Shown: piece by piece, positions 45,442 through 47,168 of the stretch
Position numbering within the stretch: the first letter of the stretch is position 1
Layout of the letters: each line of letters begins with the position of its first letter
NCBI GenBank assembly: GCA_029987395.1
Contig: DALTVX010000035.1
Coordinates: 1 to 47,168 of the forward strand
Reading direction: 5' to 3'
Source of the DNA: Methanocorpusculum sp.
GTDB taxonomy: Archaea; Halobacteriota; Methanomicrobia; Methanomicrobiales; Methanocorpusculaceae
DNA: 47,168 bases
The notes under the pieces: generated by a model
The model's database searches: none
Told to the model about the DNA's origin: nothing
Seen by the model: the letters and a program-made list of their open reading frames with translations, nothing else
Made by a program: the position numbers and the translations under genes

Positions 45442-46344
45442 TTATACAATCTCTTTGCGTTTGATGTACCAGGTTTTGGCACATTTTTGCGGGTGATAGC
45501 GAAGTTTTGCTTCACGGAGTCCTGGAACATCCATGTCGGACTCTCGATTTATCCACTCATATCTGCCTAAGAGCAGTTTGGCAGTTTCCTGATTTATCAC
45601 TTTGTAGATGCCTTTGTATTGTGTGATACCTTTCTCAAAATGTATAACTGCAGTTTCATGATTCATCTCTCCCCATATCGCGACCGCTCCTATCTTATTT
45701 TTTGGAAGAATACGAATTACTATCCCTTCGCACCCTAGTCTATCCCAGTTTTCAAGAGCTGTGTGTGCTGCGTCCACTTCTTCTTTCAGGACAATGTTTG
45801 CCTCGGTGTTTTTGGCATCGCTCCATTTATCCAGCATATCATGAATTTCTGAGATGATCTCCGGTGTTATAAGCTCGGTTGTATACTGATATTTTGTTTT
45901 GAACTGGTTGATCTGTCTTCGAATGTTAAGGTATTTTTGTCCAGAGAGTTCAGCGAGTTCCTCGGTTCTGTAATAATATTCGCTGCATCCGCGTGATTCG
46001 TAGACTGGGGTCTCGGGATGATATGCTTTCATATAGGGAATATATTTGTCTTCATAGAATGCAATAGCGCAATCTCCGGTATGTTTTTTGGCGAAAAGTA
46101 GCTGTTCTTCAAAGAGGCCTGGGTCAAACTCGCCGATGGGTGTATGACAGGTGGTCTTGCCTTTGATTGAGTGGGAGAGGAGCAGGTGATCATTTATCAG
46201 GGTATATTCACATGGGGAGTAATGTTCCCAACAGAGTAGGGTGAGAAAGTTGTGTTGTGAGTGATACTGGGGATATCGCCGAAAGTAGTCGTCAAAAATG
46301 GATTTTTCCGCGATGGTTATATTTGTGAAGTCAGTTTTTTTCAT
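45442..46344 (-). CDS. DUF2156 / aminoacyl-phosphatidylglycerol-synthase C-terminal-like protein (soluble)
   Basis: EY.Y...ELAELSG.KY...R..IN.F, IHFEKG, INRE.D..V.GLR.AK..Y.P; no TM domain. Confidence 0.8.
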   Translation of the reverse strand: MKKTDFTNITIAEKSIFDDYFRRYPQYHSQHNFLTLLCWEHYSPCEYTLINDHLLLSHSIKGKTTCHTPIGEFDPGLFEEQLLFAKKHTGDCAIAFYEDKYIPYMKAYHPETPVYESRGCSEYYYRTEELAELSGQKYLNIRRQINQFKTKYQYTTELITPEIISEIHDMLDKWSDAKNTEANIVLKEEVDAAHTALENWDRLGCEGIVIRILPKNKIGAVAIWGEMNHETAVIHFEKGITQYKGIYKVINQETAKLLLGRYEWINRESDMDVPGLREAKLRYHPQKCAKTWYIKRKEIV

Positions 46345-46756
46345 TTTCAAAGAGCATAGATGTATAGTTTTTCATTTCAGAGAAACCTGCTCTGAGGTAG
46401 ATCGATTCTTTGTCGGGTGCAGAGATGAGGCCAATCCATGTCAGTCCGTGCGCCGACCCAAGTCGCCGGAGGGTGGTTGCTATGCGCTCTCCAATTCCAT
46501 GTCCACGATATTCGGGAAAGACAACGACATCCTGAATATATCCGTCAGCCACTCCATCGGCGATTATCCGCCCCATTCCGACTGCGCGATTTTGTGTGTC
46601 ATGGGCGATTATGAAGATGAAACTTCTATCAAGGATATGCGCGATTCGGTCTGTACTCCATCCCATTTCCCACCATCCTCCGGTTCGATAAAGATCGACT
46701 ATTTCAGATGCATGCCATGAATGGACTTCGCTAAGGGTTATATCATCATATACCAT
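46331..46756 (-). CDS. GNAT family N-acetyltransferase
   Basis: VGMGR...DG....YIQDVVV.PEYRG.GIG, Y.RAGF. Confidence 0.88.
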   Translation of the reverse strand: MVYDDITLSEVHSWHASEIVDLYRTGGWWEMGWSTDRIAHILDRSFIFIIAHDTQNRAVGMGRIIADGVADGYIQDVVVFPEYRGHGIGERIATTLRRLGSAHGLTWIGLISAPDKESIYLRAGFSEMKNYTSMLFENEKN

Positions 46757-47050
46757 AGGTATTTCATCCTGTCACTAGCTTTTATTATTTTTGTGTGGTC
46801 CGTGATAATGATTTTTATGGTCTTGTTTTGATCACAAAACCATTATCTATATATGCCATCCATTCTAACATTATTACCTCACAGGTCAACTTGACAGATT
46901 GTGAACATCTAGGGTTTTTCTCTTGATGTTTCCCTTCTGCTTCGGTGGATTAATAAGTGATTAGGGGTAATATTGTTACCTCTCAAGGCTTTCGAATAGG
47001 CCTTGAAGACTCGTGCATCTATGATGCGCCGAGTCTTCGAGGCTTGTGTT

Positions 47051-47066
47051 CGAAGACTATATAAGG
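47051..47066 (+). promoter_or_regulatory. Candidate BRE/TATA promoter
   Basis: CGAAGAC-TATATAAG; followed by a GC-rich hairpin and no evident ORF. Confidence 0.5.
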
Positions 47067-47168
47067 CGAAGACGCCGATATAGTAGAGCTGTTTAAGTGG
47101 AGGACTCGACGCGAATCATCCGGGTAAGGCCGGAGTGATTGTTGGTCCTGACGTTGGTATTGTGGCGA

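Overview
Core-genome region of a methanogenic euryarchaeon, judged from cofC, two cofE paralogs, an archaeal proteasome/RNase P/ribosomal-protein superoperon, topoisomerase VI and a bacterial-type gyrase. Gene content and the missing exosome genes point to Methanomicrobiales, plausibly Methanocorpusculum (inference). The window holds three tRNAs (Tyr with a canonical intron, Asp, Leu) and about 45 tightly packed CDSs. I see no transposon, prophage, integrase or CRISPR array. Main unusual observations: (1) a bacterial-type class I FBPase followed by an intact but catalytically stripped copy of the archaeal FBP aldolase/phosphatase; (2) a second likely pseudoenzyme, a TtuA/Ncs6-like protein lacking its PP-loop and Fe-S cysteines; (3) a 50-aa double zinc-ribbon gene missing from the ORF track; (4) a structured 5' leader and a palindrome upstream of rpl15e; (5) a coupled JAB-RibL-DUF2284-PUA/PAPS-reductase operon; (6) a GNAT + DUF2156 pair; (7) a hairpin-rich non-coding end that may be a stable-RNA promoter/leader. 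All family calls come from motif recognition, not database searches.
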